64,000 bases of DNA from the human T2T-CHM13v2.0 reference genome, Homo sapiens (GCF_009914755.1 NC_060925.1); one strand, 5' to 3'. Positions 13,325-35,636 are shown, numbered from the stretch's first letter. Numbers and translations are program-made. The notes: generated by a model not told the origin, from the letters alone.

Positions 13325-15131
13325 GACCTGGGCCCTTAAGTTTACAGTCCAGCAGGAAATGTTAACCTCCATTCAGCTACGCCCCCTTGTTATCTAGACC
13401 TTCGGGATCATCTAAGAAATGTAGCTGAAACCCAAGGAGCCAGCTAGAAAGAAGCTTTTGATTAGATGTACAATACATTGGGGGCAGAAGATCTGGGATC
13501 AATTAAGATGGAGCCTGAAGGACTATGGAATCTTGCTTGTCAGGAATGGGCAAGTCTACTTCCTGCCATTTCTGAAAGCCCCGCGGGACCAGCTTCTAGG
13601 CTGAGCTGCCTAGTAGGCTGAAGCTTCAGGACTCTGCAGGTCAAGGATATGTGATGAGCACCGGCCTAAGTGTTTGCTCTTCAGATTCCTAAGTAGCACA
13701 AGACTTTATCAGAATCTATAGGCATACCAACCTGGATCACTCTTCCACCCAACCGAGGAGTAGATGCATCTGAATCTTCATATCGGTATATTAAGTCCAA
13801 AAGATGGTCCGGGCTGCCCCTCACAAAAGCTTCTGCATCCACGTGGTAAGCTCCCATGGATGACAGGGTTCTGTATGATGGAGACTATTATTGCTATTGC
13901 TGCTAATTCCATGAGCTGTGAAGATCCCTAACCAACTCAGCTGTAACATATGCAATTCTGTGGTGGGAAGAGGCTGTGTGTCCAAGGATGGTGCTGAAAT
14001 CACTGCCTTAAGGTCTCTGCTGTGCAGAATGAGGAGGCCCCCGAGCTGGCTGTTCTAACTTAGAAGGAAGAGAAGACTGGATGGGCCTGCTTGGGATCTA
14101 GGCCTCTTCTAAACCCTATCCTAAGCTCCAGTTCCATGGCAAGGCTCAGACTTTTAATGCCATCTTAATCTGATGGTTGAGCGCTTCACTCTATTTTCTG
14201 GTGCTGCCCAGCCAGTGCCTTCTGCCATGGATGTTACTGGCTACTTGAGAAAAAGGAGAGGGGAGAACCCCTTCTTTCATTCCAACTGCCTCCGACCCCA
14301 AAGGGATTCTTGGCTCTCTGGTAACCATGGATACCACCATGAATTTTATTTGGATCCTCAGCAGGTTGATTCTGGAGGCCTCATGCTATGACTTTTTATT
14401 TCTCTTCCTGGGATCCACCACCCTCTACTCTCAGCTGACTGCTGCATTTAGGCCAGGTCTCCAATTGCTTTCCTCCAGAAAGTGTGTTCCCGTCTAGTGA
14501 GGTAGTATTGAAGCCTCGGCTTTCCCTCTGGAGCCTGGGACCCTGTTTACAGTTGCACATCTGGGCCCCTCACTGTGGGGATTGATCATTCTCATGAAGG
14601 AATCACAGTTATATGGCAACTGCAGAAGGCTGAGCCTCCTCATGGTGCTATAACCCCTTGGGACACTCATCCAGACTTCTCTGAAGCAGAAAACCTGAGC
14701 TCCCCACTCACTGCCCTAGAATTTATGGCAAGGAGCAAATCTACAGCATTCTCTCCCACCTACGTCCTGCTTCTTGGTTGAGACTACTGGGATCCTTCAG
14801 AAAAGAAACACTGGGTCCCATAGCTAAATTCTCAACCGCCAGGCACCTTCAGAAGAATCCAGCCTAATACTGGAATTTGTGCTATTATCTTCCTCTCCAG
14901 CCCCCCAACTCCATCCCTCACCACAGTTGTCTAGGAAATGACATGAATCCAATATCTAATGTCAACCAATGGGGAGAGCCACAACTCCAGGAGAGGTTCC
15001 TGAGCTGAGTCCCTTAATTTCTGGATGAAGAAGACCAACAAGTTTTGTCCAATGTATTTGTTTCTCAGACCTTGCCTAGGCACTAAAAATAAAATACTAG
15101 GTCATTGGAGGCTAATGTGGGACCTGATGTC

Positions 15132-15134
<3 letters not shown>

Positions 15135-15162
<28 letters not shown>
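15135..15162 (+). repeat. (GT)14 microsatellite
   Basis: Directly visible. Confidence 0.98.
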
Positions 15163-16533
15163 CTCCCTCTCTCACACACACAAGAGCAGTTTGCTGTTGC
15201 TGTTTCCTACCTTCTGAGGCTTCAAAGTATTTTTTAAAATCTATGCTTTGTGGCAGCTCTACGGTGCTTATCTCTGTCTTTGTGTCAATCCTTAAGTACC
15301 CATGTCTTTTTCATGTCTAACCATTGGGAAGGTAGAGGCTGGCAGGGAAGACAAATCTGCTACAAGTCCATGGGAAGACCCTACAATGAAATGTTCATTG
15401 GTTGGTATACTGTTTTAGTCTTGAATTGCCAACTTTCCAACTGATCTATCCATATTCCTTAAGTACTAAAGACAAAATAGAGGGCTTCTTTTTCTCTCTT
15501 AATGTCTTGCCTTCTGGTTTTCCTGGTTTGCAAGACTAAGTGTACCTAATCTCACCATCTCTTCACTTCTAGCTCTCTGAAACAAGGGTCACACTACTCA
15601 GAGGGATAACCCCTTACAGTGGTCTGAGGAGTAACTATTTCCTAAAGTATTCTAAAAGAGTAGGAAGAGAGAAATGGTAGCCTGCTGCTTCTCACAGACA
15701 CCTCACATCCTCACTTGGGATGGCATCCACATAGAAACCCTGCATTTAGGTAAAATTTGCCTGACTGAAGGGGACTCAGTCCTCCAAATCAAGGTCAAGA
15801 AGATATCTGCATGAGACCTTAAGAACTCTTTATTGCCATTATTTGGAGAGGGCGGGGGAATTGTCCTAATCACACATTTAACACAGGGAATAAGTGCTGA
15901 AGTGACCCAGATCACCAAGCGCAGTTCCTCATCATACTTTATTTTTGCTTTCCTTATTCCTTGGCACTGACTAAGCTAAAGTTAAGAAGCCGACTTCATA
16001 AGCCAACCCCTGTGATGGGATGGAAAAATGGGCTTTTGCAGAGGGTTTATTAATAGAGATGGATATACTACTCACAAGTTCTGGCTCATGGCTCCACTGA
16101 GAAGGCCATAGTAATAAAATGATCTTATGAACACTGTTCCCCAAAGGCCAAAGCCTGAAGATATTGCCCCTTATAATCCAATCAGCCTTATATTTTAATA
16201 AGTCCTGAATCAACCTGACTACGGATATATGGGGCCACCAGGGTGCATGGGTGCATGTCTGCTCAGCCTAGCCCTGGAAGTGAGCACTGCCGGCCACAGA
16301 TCCTGGGAAAGGTGGTAGTAACCCAGAAGATGTAGCCTTGAAGGGAGGATACCTATCAAAATGCCAAAGCTGCAGGGACACGAAGACGGTTGAAAATTCA
16401 ACCTATGTATACTAGATCCTTCCAGTTTGATGGTTTGGTCATTCTTCTTCATGATTATACCATGGAGAATTTTCTGTGACAAGGGTGGTCATGGAAGTAA
16501 GTGAGTGATCCCCTGGTTTCTCATTCCTTAAAG

Positions 16534-16713
16534 CAGTGGTTCGCAAAGTATGGCACAAGACCAGCAGCATCAGCAGCCTTTGGGAACTTGTTAGAAACGA
16601 AAATTCTCAATCCCATCCCAGATCTGCTGAATCAGAAACTCTAATGAGAGGACCCGGCAATCCACGTTTTAATAAGCCCTCCTGGTGATTCTGATGCACA
16701 CTAAATTCAACTG
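16534..16713. mobile_element. MER5A-type hAT-Charlie DNA transposon
   Basis: CAGTGGTTC...ACCAGCAGCATCAGCA...GGGAACTTGTTAGAAA...AAGCCCTCCTGGTGATTCTGATGCACAC. Confidence 0.85.
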
Positions 16714-17311
16714 TTTTAAAGGGAAAGCCCTTTATAGTATTGGAGTTCCCACACTGAGAGGCTTTGGGGCCCAAAATAAGAAGGTTCTAGGTTGTCATTC
16801 AGACTTTAACATTAATTTCAAAGTCACCTTTCTCATGCTTCCTTGTGTTTCTGTTTTTCCATTTATGATTTTAACAAAGAAAGGTATGTGTGCTTTTGGG
16901 TGGAAGTTAGGAGAATGTTTGTGTCTTTCCTAGTTGAATACAACCTTCAGAGAAAAACCTTATGCCTTGGAAATTACTACCTGGCACACAAAGGGGCTTC
17001 AACAAGGAAAAGCAGTTGGAGGTCTCTTCCAGATTGCTCTTCTGCCGAATTATTTGTATCTATTCCGAGCTGATTATGTAATAGGATGGAAAAAGTAAAA
17101 AAAAAAAAAAAAATCTAATTTGTATTTCCATGACAACGTGTTCTCCCAGCAACATCCCTCTCCTTTATTTGAGTTATAAAGGGCACTGCTGGGCCTGAGA
17201 ACCAGGCCAGAACCTCCTTCTGTATGGCAGCTAACAGTGTAGGGCTCCAGTATCCCAGGAAGGCCCCTTATCCACACTCCACTCAGCTCATAGGAGAGTC
17301 TTGCATAATGA

Positions 17312-17730
<419 letters not shown>

Positions 17731-18714
17731 AAATAAGATCCTTTTTAAAAAATATCTGAAAAAAGCTTCATATCTTTACAAACTCATAAAATAGCTGATT
17801 GGGCCATGGAGGAGATGAGGCTGTTTAGAACTGGTTTTGTTTCAAGTTTGTCAATTTTCCCTGTATGAGAACTTGGGTAAAGCACAAAGAAACATACAGT
17901 GCTAGTAACAGGTCTCCTGCGCCCTGGAACTAAGTGTTTGGAGGAAGGACTAAACCCCGGGGGAGGTGAGTATAAAATAATTCCACTAAGATCACCTCCT
18001 CAGTCCCCAGAAGGCTGATGGTGGATCCTCTGGCCATCTCCTGTGGGGTCTTACTGCTCCTCTGCCATTTCTCTATGCCTGAAGACACGAAGATGATATC
18101 AAGGCAGAGCTACCATATCGCAGCCAGTCTCTAGGCTACTGCTGTGCAGTGGCTCCCACTTTCTAATGCTTTTTTGTTTTTGCTTTTTCTAACAAAACAA
18201 TCTTTTTTCAAAATGAATTCCAACCCCTGCTAGCTTCCTTCCCCGCCTCCATACTGTTTTAGGCAGCACCGTTTATGTGACAGAGTCCGTGTTTCTCAAA
18301 TGCATGGTGTTCCTCAGGTGGAGAGTGGGCAGAAGTTTTTGCAACACTTTTTTTTTAAGTTATTGGGTGCAAAATCCCAAACCAGGATATGTGTATGTCT
18401 GTGTGTTTATGTTTTTTATTTGACCCTCCCCTCTTTCAACCTACCCCCTTTTATATCTAATGTAGAAAAAGCGAAATTGAATCTGGAAAGCAAACTGTTG
18501 TATATAGTTGCGGTAACAATCATGAAGAGAGAGCCGGGCTGTCCCCTCAGTAATTCATTTTAAATAACAAATTATTTAAAAATAAAATTCATGCCAGAGC
18601 CAGCTGAAGAGGCCTTCCTTCATCACCACTGAGGCCACCCCCAATCTGGGCCCTCTGTCCATCTGGCATGTCTCCTCCCAGCAAGATTCATCTGTTCAAT
18701 GCCATTTGCGTTTC

Positions 18715-18720
18715 AATAAA
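18715..18720 (+). terminator. Distal poly(A) signal AATAAA (a second hexamer lies at 18581-18586)
   Basis: Canonical hexamer with U/GU-rich downstream sequence; repeats resume ~500 nt later. Confidence 0.75.
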
Positions 18721-19654
18721 GTTATCTCCTGTACTGTCCACTGGTTCTCTAGCTCCCTCTCTGCCTGGTTTCTGTCTCCATTTATCTTGTGGCCCATTCC
18801 TTGATTGGCAAGGCCAGACTGCTTGTGGTCATTTGCCTAACCCAGAAGTAACCTGAAACCCTAAGCTAGAGTCTCCTGACTCCCATGGTTGGGGGTGGGA
18901 GGAACCCCTGCTCGCACATTATGGACATAGAATCCTTCACCGGATCTCAAAACATCCAGCCCAAACATCAAGGCTCCGGAGTCCTCCATCTGGGTTGCTG
19001 CAGTGTTTGAAAACATACCACCCTCTTGACTTTGCTAAATTTTCTTCTTGGGGTAAAAGTGAACTGACCTATTAGAAGCTGTTGTAATCAAGTTCAACTT
19101 CTTTTGGCCACTTCAAGAAAGTAAATAGGCTTACTATTCCCCATTGCAAAATTGAAGGGTCCAAGAAGCAATCTTTTCCCTATGAAATTGTAGTAACATA
19201 ACTCATCTCTGCCCTCTTAACATGGGAGGTGACAAGTGTGTTGAGAACTCTCTTCAAGCCAGTTGCAGTGGGTGTACCTGTAGTTCTAGCTACTCTGGAT
19301 GCTGAGGTGGGAGGATCACCTGTCCAGCCTGGGCAACATAGCAAGACCCCCCCAACTCAAAAATAAATAATTGAGAAAGCTTTCTTTTGAAGTAATCTTC
19401 TGATGAGATGACTTAATCCCTGATTGTTACCAGTCCAGCATCCACAGTCTTGGAAGTGACCTAGGATTTGGTAACTCGTTTCCTTTGCCATGTGAGAATG
19501 AACTCACTTGATAAGGGTTCCTGGGAACCATTTTGAAGGCACATAACCTGAACAGCTCACTAAAAAATACCTGTTTCTGTTTGCTCTAGAACCTCCCATT
19601 CCAACAACATTCTATCCTTTCTGCCACTACATGCTTGCCACTCTGCCCTGCATT

Positions 19655-20102
<448 letters not shown>

Positions 20103-20732
20103 ACACCCTGCATTTTTAACACCTCACTGGAGCGCTCATCCTCTCCACCTGCTCCGCTATTCAGGAGCGGCTCTGCACCGTAGGCCATTTCCCACGACCA
20201 GCTGCTGACAACCATATCATCAAACTGCTCTTGTTCTCGCACCCCTTAAATGTCCAGCCATAATTTCTCAGGGAAAAAAATTTATACATTTTCAACAAAT
20301 AGGATTCATTCTCAAATAGTCACATACAACACTCACCCTGGAAGAAACTCCCTTTCACATGCCGGTGTCTCCCCTGCCCAGCCACTTCCCAGCTTTGAGG
20401 TTGGGCTCATCTAGGCTGGAAAACCAAGGGACTGGGCCGTGGTTTTCCCACTTCCACTTCCCAGTTTGCTTTAGTTTATTTTCCCCCCTCTTTGGATTCC
20501 TGAGGCTAAGATGAAGAGAGTCACTTGAGCCAACTTTTTTTCAGTGTTTGGGGGGAAAAGAATGTGGTTTAAAATAGGGGCTATTTGTGACCCAGACCTC
20601 TCTCCTTAAAGCCCTCTACATCTATTCCCATCCCGCCTCCTCTCTCCTAACACCTGAAAGATGCATGAATATAAAGTCATATATCATGAACTTTATTCCA
20701 AATGAGATTGCTAACTTACTGTGCAACTTTAG

Positions 20733-21480
<748 letters not shown>

Positions 21481-22779
21481 TCCAGGACCAAAGTCTTTCG
21501 CTGTTCTCTTCACCAGCTGGATTGTACTGGGATAAGAGTAGGGGGAGCTATTAGTAGGAGTGGTGAAGGGTAGGGCCTCGAAAAGGCGGCTATCAAAGCT
21601 TAATAGATGTCATCAAACAAGTTTCTGCCTCTGAGTTATAAACCTAGCTAGTTGTTTGTACTCTTCGTGTTTTCCCAGAAATTAAATGCATATGCGATTG
21701 CTTCACTGTCCTGACCATACTTAACGTTTATTTTAAAAATAATTTGCCCTTATTAAATACCTTTGTGCATTTCTATTTGGAGGAACTGATCATCCTTTGT
21801 TTTTGATTCTTTGTCTCCGTCCTCTATTGTGTGCTTTAAAGTGATGGAGAAGAAAATAAACCATTGGTTCGAGATTTTCTATCAATTTCCTGCCGCGTGA
21901 GCCTTTCACCGGGTCCAGTGTAGCTACCACAAAGAACAATTTAATCCAGAAACAGGAGGAGAAATCTTCTTGGTCTTTGTGTAAGAAATATATCTGGTCA
22001 GAGCTTCACTGGAACTCCAAATCCTCAGAATCTCCCAACTCAGGAATATTTCCACCACCACTTAAATACTTCATCAGAGATATGGGAAATTGTCCCATCA
22101 CACACCCATCATATTCAAAACCTTCAGTTAGCTCTCCTACTGGACGTATTTCTATTGAAAAGAATTTAGAACAAATCTCTCTTAAATTTAGTTTACATTC
22201 TTTCACAGTATGAAAGAGCTGTTGAAAACAAATTTTCTTCTGTTGGAAATATGTTAAGATTTGGGATCTAACAGGCTAAGGACCATTTTGAAGGCCCACT
22301 TGTAATTGTCATTGTTTTATAAAATATCAGATCTATACAGGAGAAACCACTGGTTAGGAGAAAGCTGTTTGAGAACCATGTATAAACTAATCTAAAGGAA
22401 TTTTTAGCGGCTTCTAAATAAAATTCGTTTATGCACATTAATGTCTGTCCCCCTTGAGTATGAGGAAGGAAGAGTGACAAAGCAAAGGAACCTCATCACA
22501 TTCAAGTTGTCACCTGAATAAAACTTGAGAGTCTGGTGCAAATTCATCTTAACTAAACCTTCCCTGAGTGGTACCCAGTGCTCCTGGTGCTCCAAATGCA
22601 TGTCTGGCACCTTTGTATGAAAGGTGGACCTTGACTTGTATTTAAACTGTCTTACAACAACTCCACTTTTGCTCTGATCTTTTCAACTTTAGCCAAATGC
22701 CATGGTCTCATCTGGGCAAAGTCAATTATAAAGTTCTCGAGGTCTTTTTTGAAACTCTGATTCCTCACTTTATTCATCT

Positions 22780-25846
<3,067 letters not shown>

Positions 25847-27596
25847 CCTTTCATTTTTCTTAGGAGGATTGAGATTTTGAGTTTGATCAGGTTTGTAGGA
25901 AATTTACTTCTACCTAAATAGGGTAAAAAAAATTTTTTTTAAGTTTTTTTATTCGTTAGAGTAAAAAAAACTTTTCTTTTTTTTTTTTGTTGCACTGCTA
26001 AGAGTCTAAAGCATGCTTTCTAATTCTGTTTTGTTTAATAGGCAGGTTCATATTAAGCACTTTACAAACATAGTAGTTAAAAAGACTGGAGAGGTTATGA
26101 ACCACCGAAGATCTCTTACGTCAAAGTCTCATATTCTGTACTCAGCTTCATCAACTCTTTTTCTTTTGTTTTTGTCTGACTTACGGTGAGATCATGAGAA
26201 TTACCATCTTTTGAGAATGTCAGCCTTTTATTTTTGGTGTATTCGTGCTTTATTTTTTTATATCTTAAAATGAAGTTCTTTCCCTCTTTTTCTACTTCTT
26301 TCTCTACTTTTCCTCTAAGAATGGCATTATCCAAGTGGTGGAATGGGTTGCTTTCATTCAGAAGCTTTAATTCTTCGTGCCAGCATGCACAGACTTTCTT
26401 ACATAACTAGATTTAGACCCTAGGACATTTTCTTCTTTGCTTATTTCTTTTTTGCCTATTACAAATGATGACATTTCCCCTATCATTTGGCCTTGTCTAG
26501 TTCCCAGTAGATAAGTCACAGAGAATACATTTTTCTTCCCTTCTACCACCATTATGTTGAACAGGGGAGGGGGGAAATTATCTCTCCCTCACCTTTCCTG
26601 GCATTCAGATGCTGCCGAGATACCTGTATTGATTTCCCCATCTTAGATGCCTAGAGAGATGATCCTGCTGGCTGGAAGTTTGCTTTCTGGTTCTCATGGG
26701 CACTTTTCTGGCTCTTTTGCAGTATAGCGTAAGCACTGTCCACCTGCGAAGGGCGCCCCTCAAGGATCCAGACGCACTCCTGGGCATGTGGCGGGCACTG
26801 AGCCGAGCGGAAGGCGGCCACGCTCGGAAAAAGGCCAGTGGTGGAGTTTTCTTTTTCCTTTCAGCTGTGGTTTTGTGGTGCTTACCAACTCCCATGAGAA
26901 ATAGGGGGCTTGTCCAGGGGGTCTACTCAAAACCGCATCCTTCTCCAACAATCCCTGTTCACAATTCTTATTAGTTGACTGTCAAAGTACTGCCAAGTCT
27001 TGTCTCTCTAGGAGACCCTTCAGACCAATAGCATGTATTTCTTAAGTGATCCTTTATCCTCCATGCTCTCCTTTGGGTTTTCCCTTCTAAACCAAGTTTT
27101 AGATAGATAATGTTTTTGCCATATGGGGTGATAAGAGAGAAAGGGGAGCAAGGATAACGAGAGGGAAGCAAAAGACTAAAAGAGAATGAGACTAGAGAAT
27201 GAAAGAGGGCAGAGGATTTCTTAGGAAGTCAAAGGATGCCATTTTGGATAGGAATAAAGGTATAATTAAGGAGAATCTAGAGTCAGGGTGAAAACCCAGA
27301 TTAACAGAATGAACTGTCCTTATTTCACCATGGGAAAGGGAACTAGAGAAATTAAATTTCCTAACAAAAATAGCTTTAGAAAACAACTTCATATAGCCCT
27401 CTTGGCAGTGTTGCCCTTTGGCTCAACTTCATAGATTGAATGTTAGTTTAATCTTAAACAGTCGTTTCCAAGCAAAGCAAAATAAAGCGGATATTTATGT
27501 CTGTGTTTCTTATATTTTCCCTGCCTTCATCATCCCAGAGTAAGTTATTAGGCTATTCTTTCTCATATTTTTAAAGACATTGTGTTAAAGACACCA

Positions 27597-27921
<325 letters not shown>

Positions 27922-28169
27922 TCAGTAAAACCAGAAGTCCCCCAACACACACACACGTACTTTTTTTTTAACAAATATACTTAGTTGTATTTCAAAAAAT
28001 ATTGTATCTCTGTTAAGTGAAAAATCTGTAAGTAGGGTTTTACTACGTAACAGAAACCAATGGATAGGAGCAAATGTGTTGATCAGATTTAAAATAAGGC
28101 CAAGAGCTTTAGAATTATTTTCTGGCTTTTCCTTCTTTGCATTAGTTTGTTTCTTAGTTTGTTTTTTAA

Positions 28170-28394
<225 letters not shown>

Positions 28395-29683
28395 TAAGTA
28401 AACTAAAGTATTATGGGTATGACACTCTTAAATGGTGAGTGATATCCTTGTATTTCTAGTAGGTATGTGGTCTAGACAGAATAAATTGGGTTAAGTAAAA
28501 GAATTTTGTATTTTCCCTCTTTCATCCCCCTATAACCTAATGCAAATAAGCTCTTTGTCTTTGAATTTTTGAGGCTTTGAAACATGTGGTCATGTTGGAC
28601 ATGTGGTCATAATTTTTGAAACTGTAGGGGTCTGTAGAGAAGGAAATCTGTTCATCTATTTTATTTTAAAATTTGTCTTTAGTTAACAATGATGATGTTA
28701 TTTGAAGATTTTCTTTGCCATTATATATCTGCTTTTGAGCAAATATATGTTACTTGAACTTTAATGCTGCTTCTTTCATGCGTGAAAGAAATTAGCTTTT
28801 AGAAGGAGTCCATCTTAAAATACTTGTTGTAGGTACAGATCCCTTGGCTAACTTGGGTTTTTGGCCCCTACGTTGGTCTTAATCTTCTGATGATCTCTTA
28901 TTCTCACCATCCCTTCCAGTCTCAGTGATGTGTGAAGCAAGGTGGTTAGTGGAATTTTGTATATGATCTTTGATAGGTTACCAGACATGATTAACTTATT
29001 ACTGTATTAGAGTGAAGAGCTTCTAGCTACTGTGATCATCACTGGAGTGCATCCTTCTGGCAGGGATATGGAAAAAATATATTCATGCTAAGCTTTTCTC
29101 TGAAGAGAAAAGACTTGGAATTCTCTGGTTGATGAGAAAGGACCCTTAAGCTGTGATAGGACCTATGTGTAAAGTTTGCCTGGTCTTCATGCTCTAATGA
29201 CTCCTGTGATCAGTGCCAGAGTGAACTGATGGAAAATGTGTGGTTCTTTTTCCCTTTTGTGAGCTGTGAGCCTCAGTATTACCCTACAGCTATATGAATA
29301 TCAGTGCTTTCATTGGAAGGACAGTTGTTCAGATTTGTTTAAGCTTAAAGTCTTAAGTTTCAAACCCTTCTCAAAAAGTCTCATTCCTCAGTATCTTTTC
29401 ACACTGTATATTGAAGAATTTCTTCATTTTGATCTTGTTTTAGTTTGTCCCTGTAGTAATGATCCAAAAATTATGCTCTTGCTAGGAACATTAAAAGTCC
29501 AAATCATAATGACCTATGGAAAAATTATTTAAATCATGCCTTAAAAGAAAATACTAGGCCAGGCACGGGGGCTCATGCCTGTAATCCCAGCACTTTGGGA
29601 GGCTGAGGCGGGCGGATCACTTGAGGTTGGGAGTTTGAGACCAGCCTGACCAACATGGAGAAACCACATTTCTACTCAAACTA

Positions 29684-29862
<179 letters not shown>

Positions 29863-30519
29863 TTATGTCCCAGATAATTTGTGAATGTGCTTGTAGATTA
29901 TTGTGAAGGAAGTTACATAAGGCACACCAGAATTGGTTCACCATGTCCAGGGAGGCCAATCCTGGGTGGACAGTGACATTCTAAGCAGACTTGAAGCCAT
30001 GAAGTCTAAGTATCATCCATTATCACACTAAGTATCTGAACTCAAAGGAATTGTGGATGCCCTTACTAGTTGTCTTTCTCCTTTAAATGGATTTCACATG
30101 TGCATTTTAGAGTGCTTTTTTCCATTGAACTGGAACATTGCTATCCAAGAGATGTTCCTGAATTATCTGACTCATCTGTGTTTTAGAATCAGTTCTGATA
30201 GTTGACTCCCATATCTTCGGGTTGTAGATACCTGTTGTTTCTTCTCTTGCTACAAATGGGTTTTATAGATTTAACCAGAGTCTGTACTAACCAAATTAAT
30301 CCTAAGAATTAGAATGGATTGCAGTATCTGTAGGGGGATTGTGCAAGTTTCAAGTGTTTGCTTGTGATTTAATCATTTAATAACTCTTTCAGAAAGAATG
30401 TGGCTTCTTCTGTGGCGGTCATGCCAAAAAAAAAAATCCACTTTCCTGAGTGAAACAATAGGTGCCATAGGAGTGGATCAAAAACTGCAGCTTAAAGGCA
30501 TAATAAGAATGAATTAAGA

Positions 30520-33649
<3,130 letters not shown>

Positions 33650-33650
<1 letters not shown>

Positions 33651-35270
33651 GAAAAACAAACCATTTTTCCTCTGCTCTCACACTACAACAGTCAACACAG
33701 AAGACTTCTGTGATCTCAAAAATATGTGGAGATTTCTCCCCACCAGCAAACAAGCAGTCAGTTCTGTAGTGGACACCAGCTGGATGTCCTCCAATTCAAT
33801 TCCAACCTGTCTACCTGGAGATAGCATCAGATCCTACAGATTGAAAGCTCAGTCCCCAAAACTGCCCCCACCTGCTTGGATACCAGTTGCAAGTCTAGGC
33901 CTCTGGAACTTCTAACAGACCAGCTTCAAGTTGGGGTTCCCAGGACTCCCCTCTTTGGGTTTGATTAATTTGCTAGAGCAGCTCACAGAACTTAGGGAAA
34001 TGCTTTTACAGATTTTTCTACAAAGGATATTCGAAACGATACAAATGAACAGCCAGGTGAAGAGATACATAGGATGAGGTCTGGAAGGGTGGAATGCAGA
34101 AGTGTGTTCTTTGGCATTTTTATGGAGGTTTCATTACCCTACCATGATTGATTGAACCACTGACCATTGATGATCAACTTAACCTTCAGCCCCTCTACCC
34201 TGTCAGAGGGTGGGATGGGGGGATGAAAGTCCCAACCCTCTAAGCCTGCCTAGATATTTCCAGTGACCAGCCCCCATCCTGAAGCTACCTAGGAGCTGCC
34301 AGCTATCAAGTCAGCTTATTAGCATACAAAAAGACATCACTTTGGAGTTTCTGAGGATTTTAGGAGCTGTTTGCCAGGAAATGAAGTAGAAGACCAAATA
34401 CATATTTCACAATATCACAGTCCGCCCTTGGGTCTTCGAACCCTGATCCCTTATGTCAATAGGATGTCCAACTCAAAAGATACTGCCACATTACTAGAAT
34501 CCCATTCAATAATTAATAGTCTAGTTCATCATATTGTATGAGTGTCTCCCAGGGTGAGGCTGCTCAGATTGGCAGGCTTCCTTTCATTCTTGTGAGGTTG
34601 CAAAAGCAGAAGTAGTCTTAGCAAACACAGAACTTTACCATTTCATGAGTTTGATATAATTGAGCTAAGAAGCAATGTCATCTCTTGCTCTGAGCCTCTT
34701 TTGAGGTGTTAATGTGATATTGGAATCCTCTCAGTTCATAATCCACTTATTCATTTCTTTCCTCTGAGCTACTGTTTCTTCTCTCTTAATAAGTACCCAA
34801 ACTTTTCCACCTTTGGAAGGAGCATTACAATCAGCCACTGTGATGGTCTAGATTGCAGGCAACAATACTAGTCTAGCAAGTACCTCTTCCTCAGTGCACC
34901 CCCTTCAGATAGGGTTAGGTTACAGAGGTGCAGAACTAGTGGGCTATTTTTACTGTCAGGCAATATAGCTGTATTAACTGTTAGCCCCAATTTTGCTGGA
35001 TGGGGTGAAGGCACAACCCATTCCCATCAGTCCATTAGGAATTCTGACCTAAGTTACAATACGTAGTTAGAATTTCTTGCCTAGGAATCATTCCTGCTTC
35101 CAGCACATGTAGTTGCAGCCCTGGTCCTAAGACCATTGCATCAGGTAGGGGAATGGGGGAAAAAAAAAGAAAAGGAAAGTTGAGGTGATGTGCGGGAAAA
35201 AAGACAGAAAGAAGTATCTTGTAAGTAAGAAGAGACTGTCTTTCACCTTTATCCTTCAGGAGCTACTTCA
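33650..35270 (-). mobile_element. MER21-like ERVL LTR (~33650-34419) with adjoining internal remnant
   Basis: Ends ...TATTTCACAATATCACA (minus strand TGTGATA start), preceded on the minus strand by a PPT-like AAGGGCGGAC; MER21-type motifs. Confidence 0.7.

Positions 35271-35636
<366 letters not shown>

Noticed and set aside
28582-28610. Direct repeat ACATGTGGTCAT x2
   Set aside because: Simple local slippage duplication; not an array
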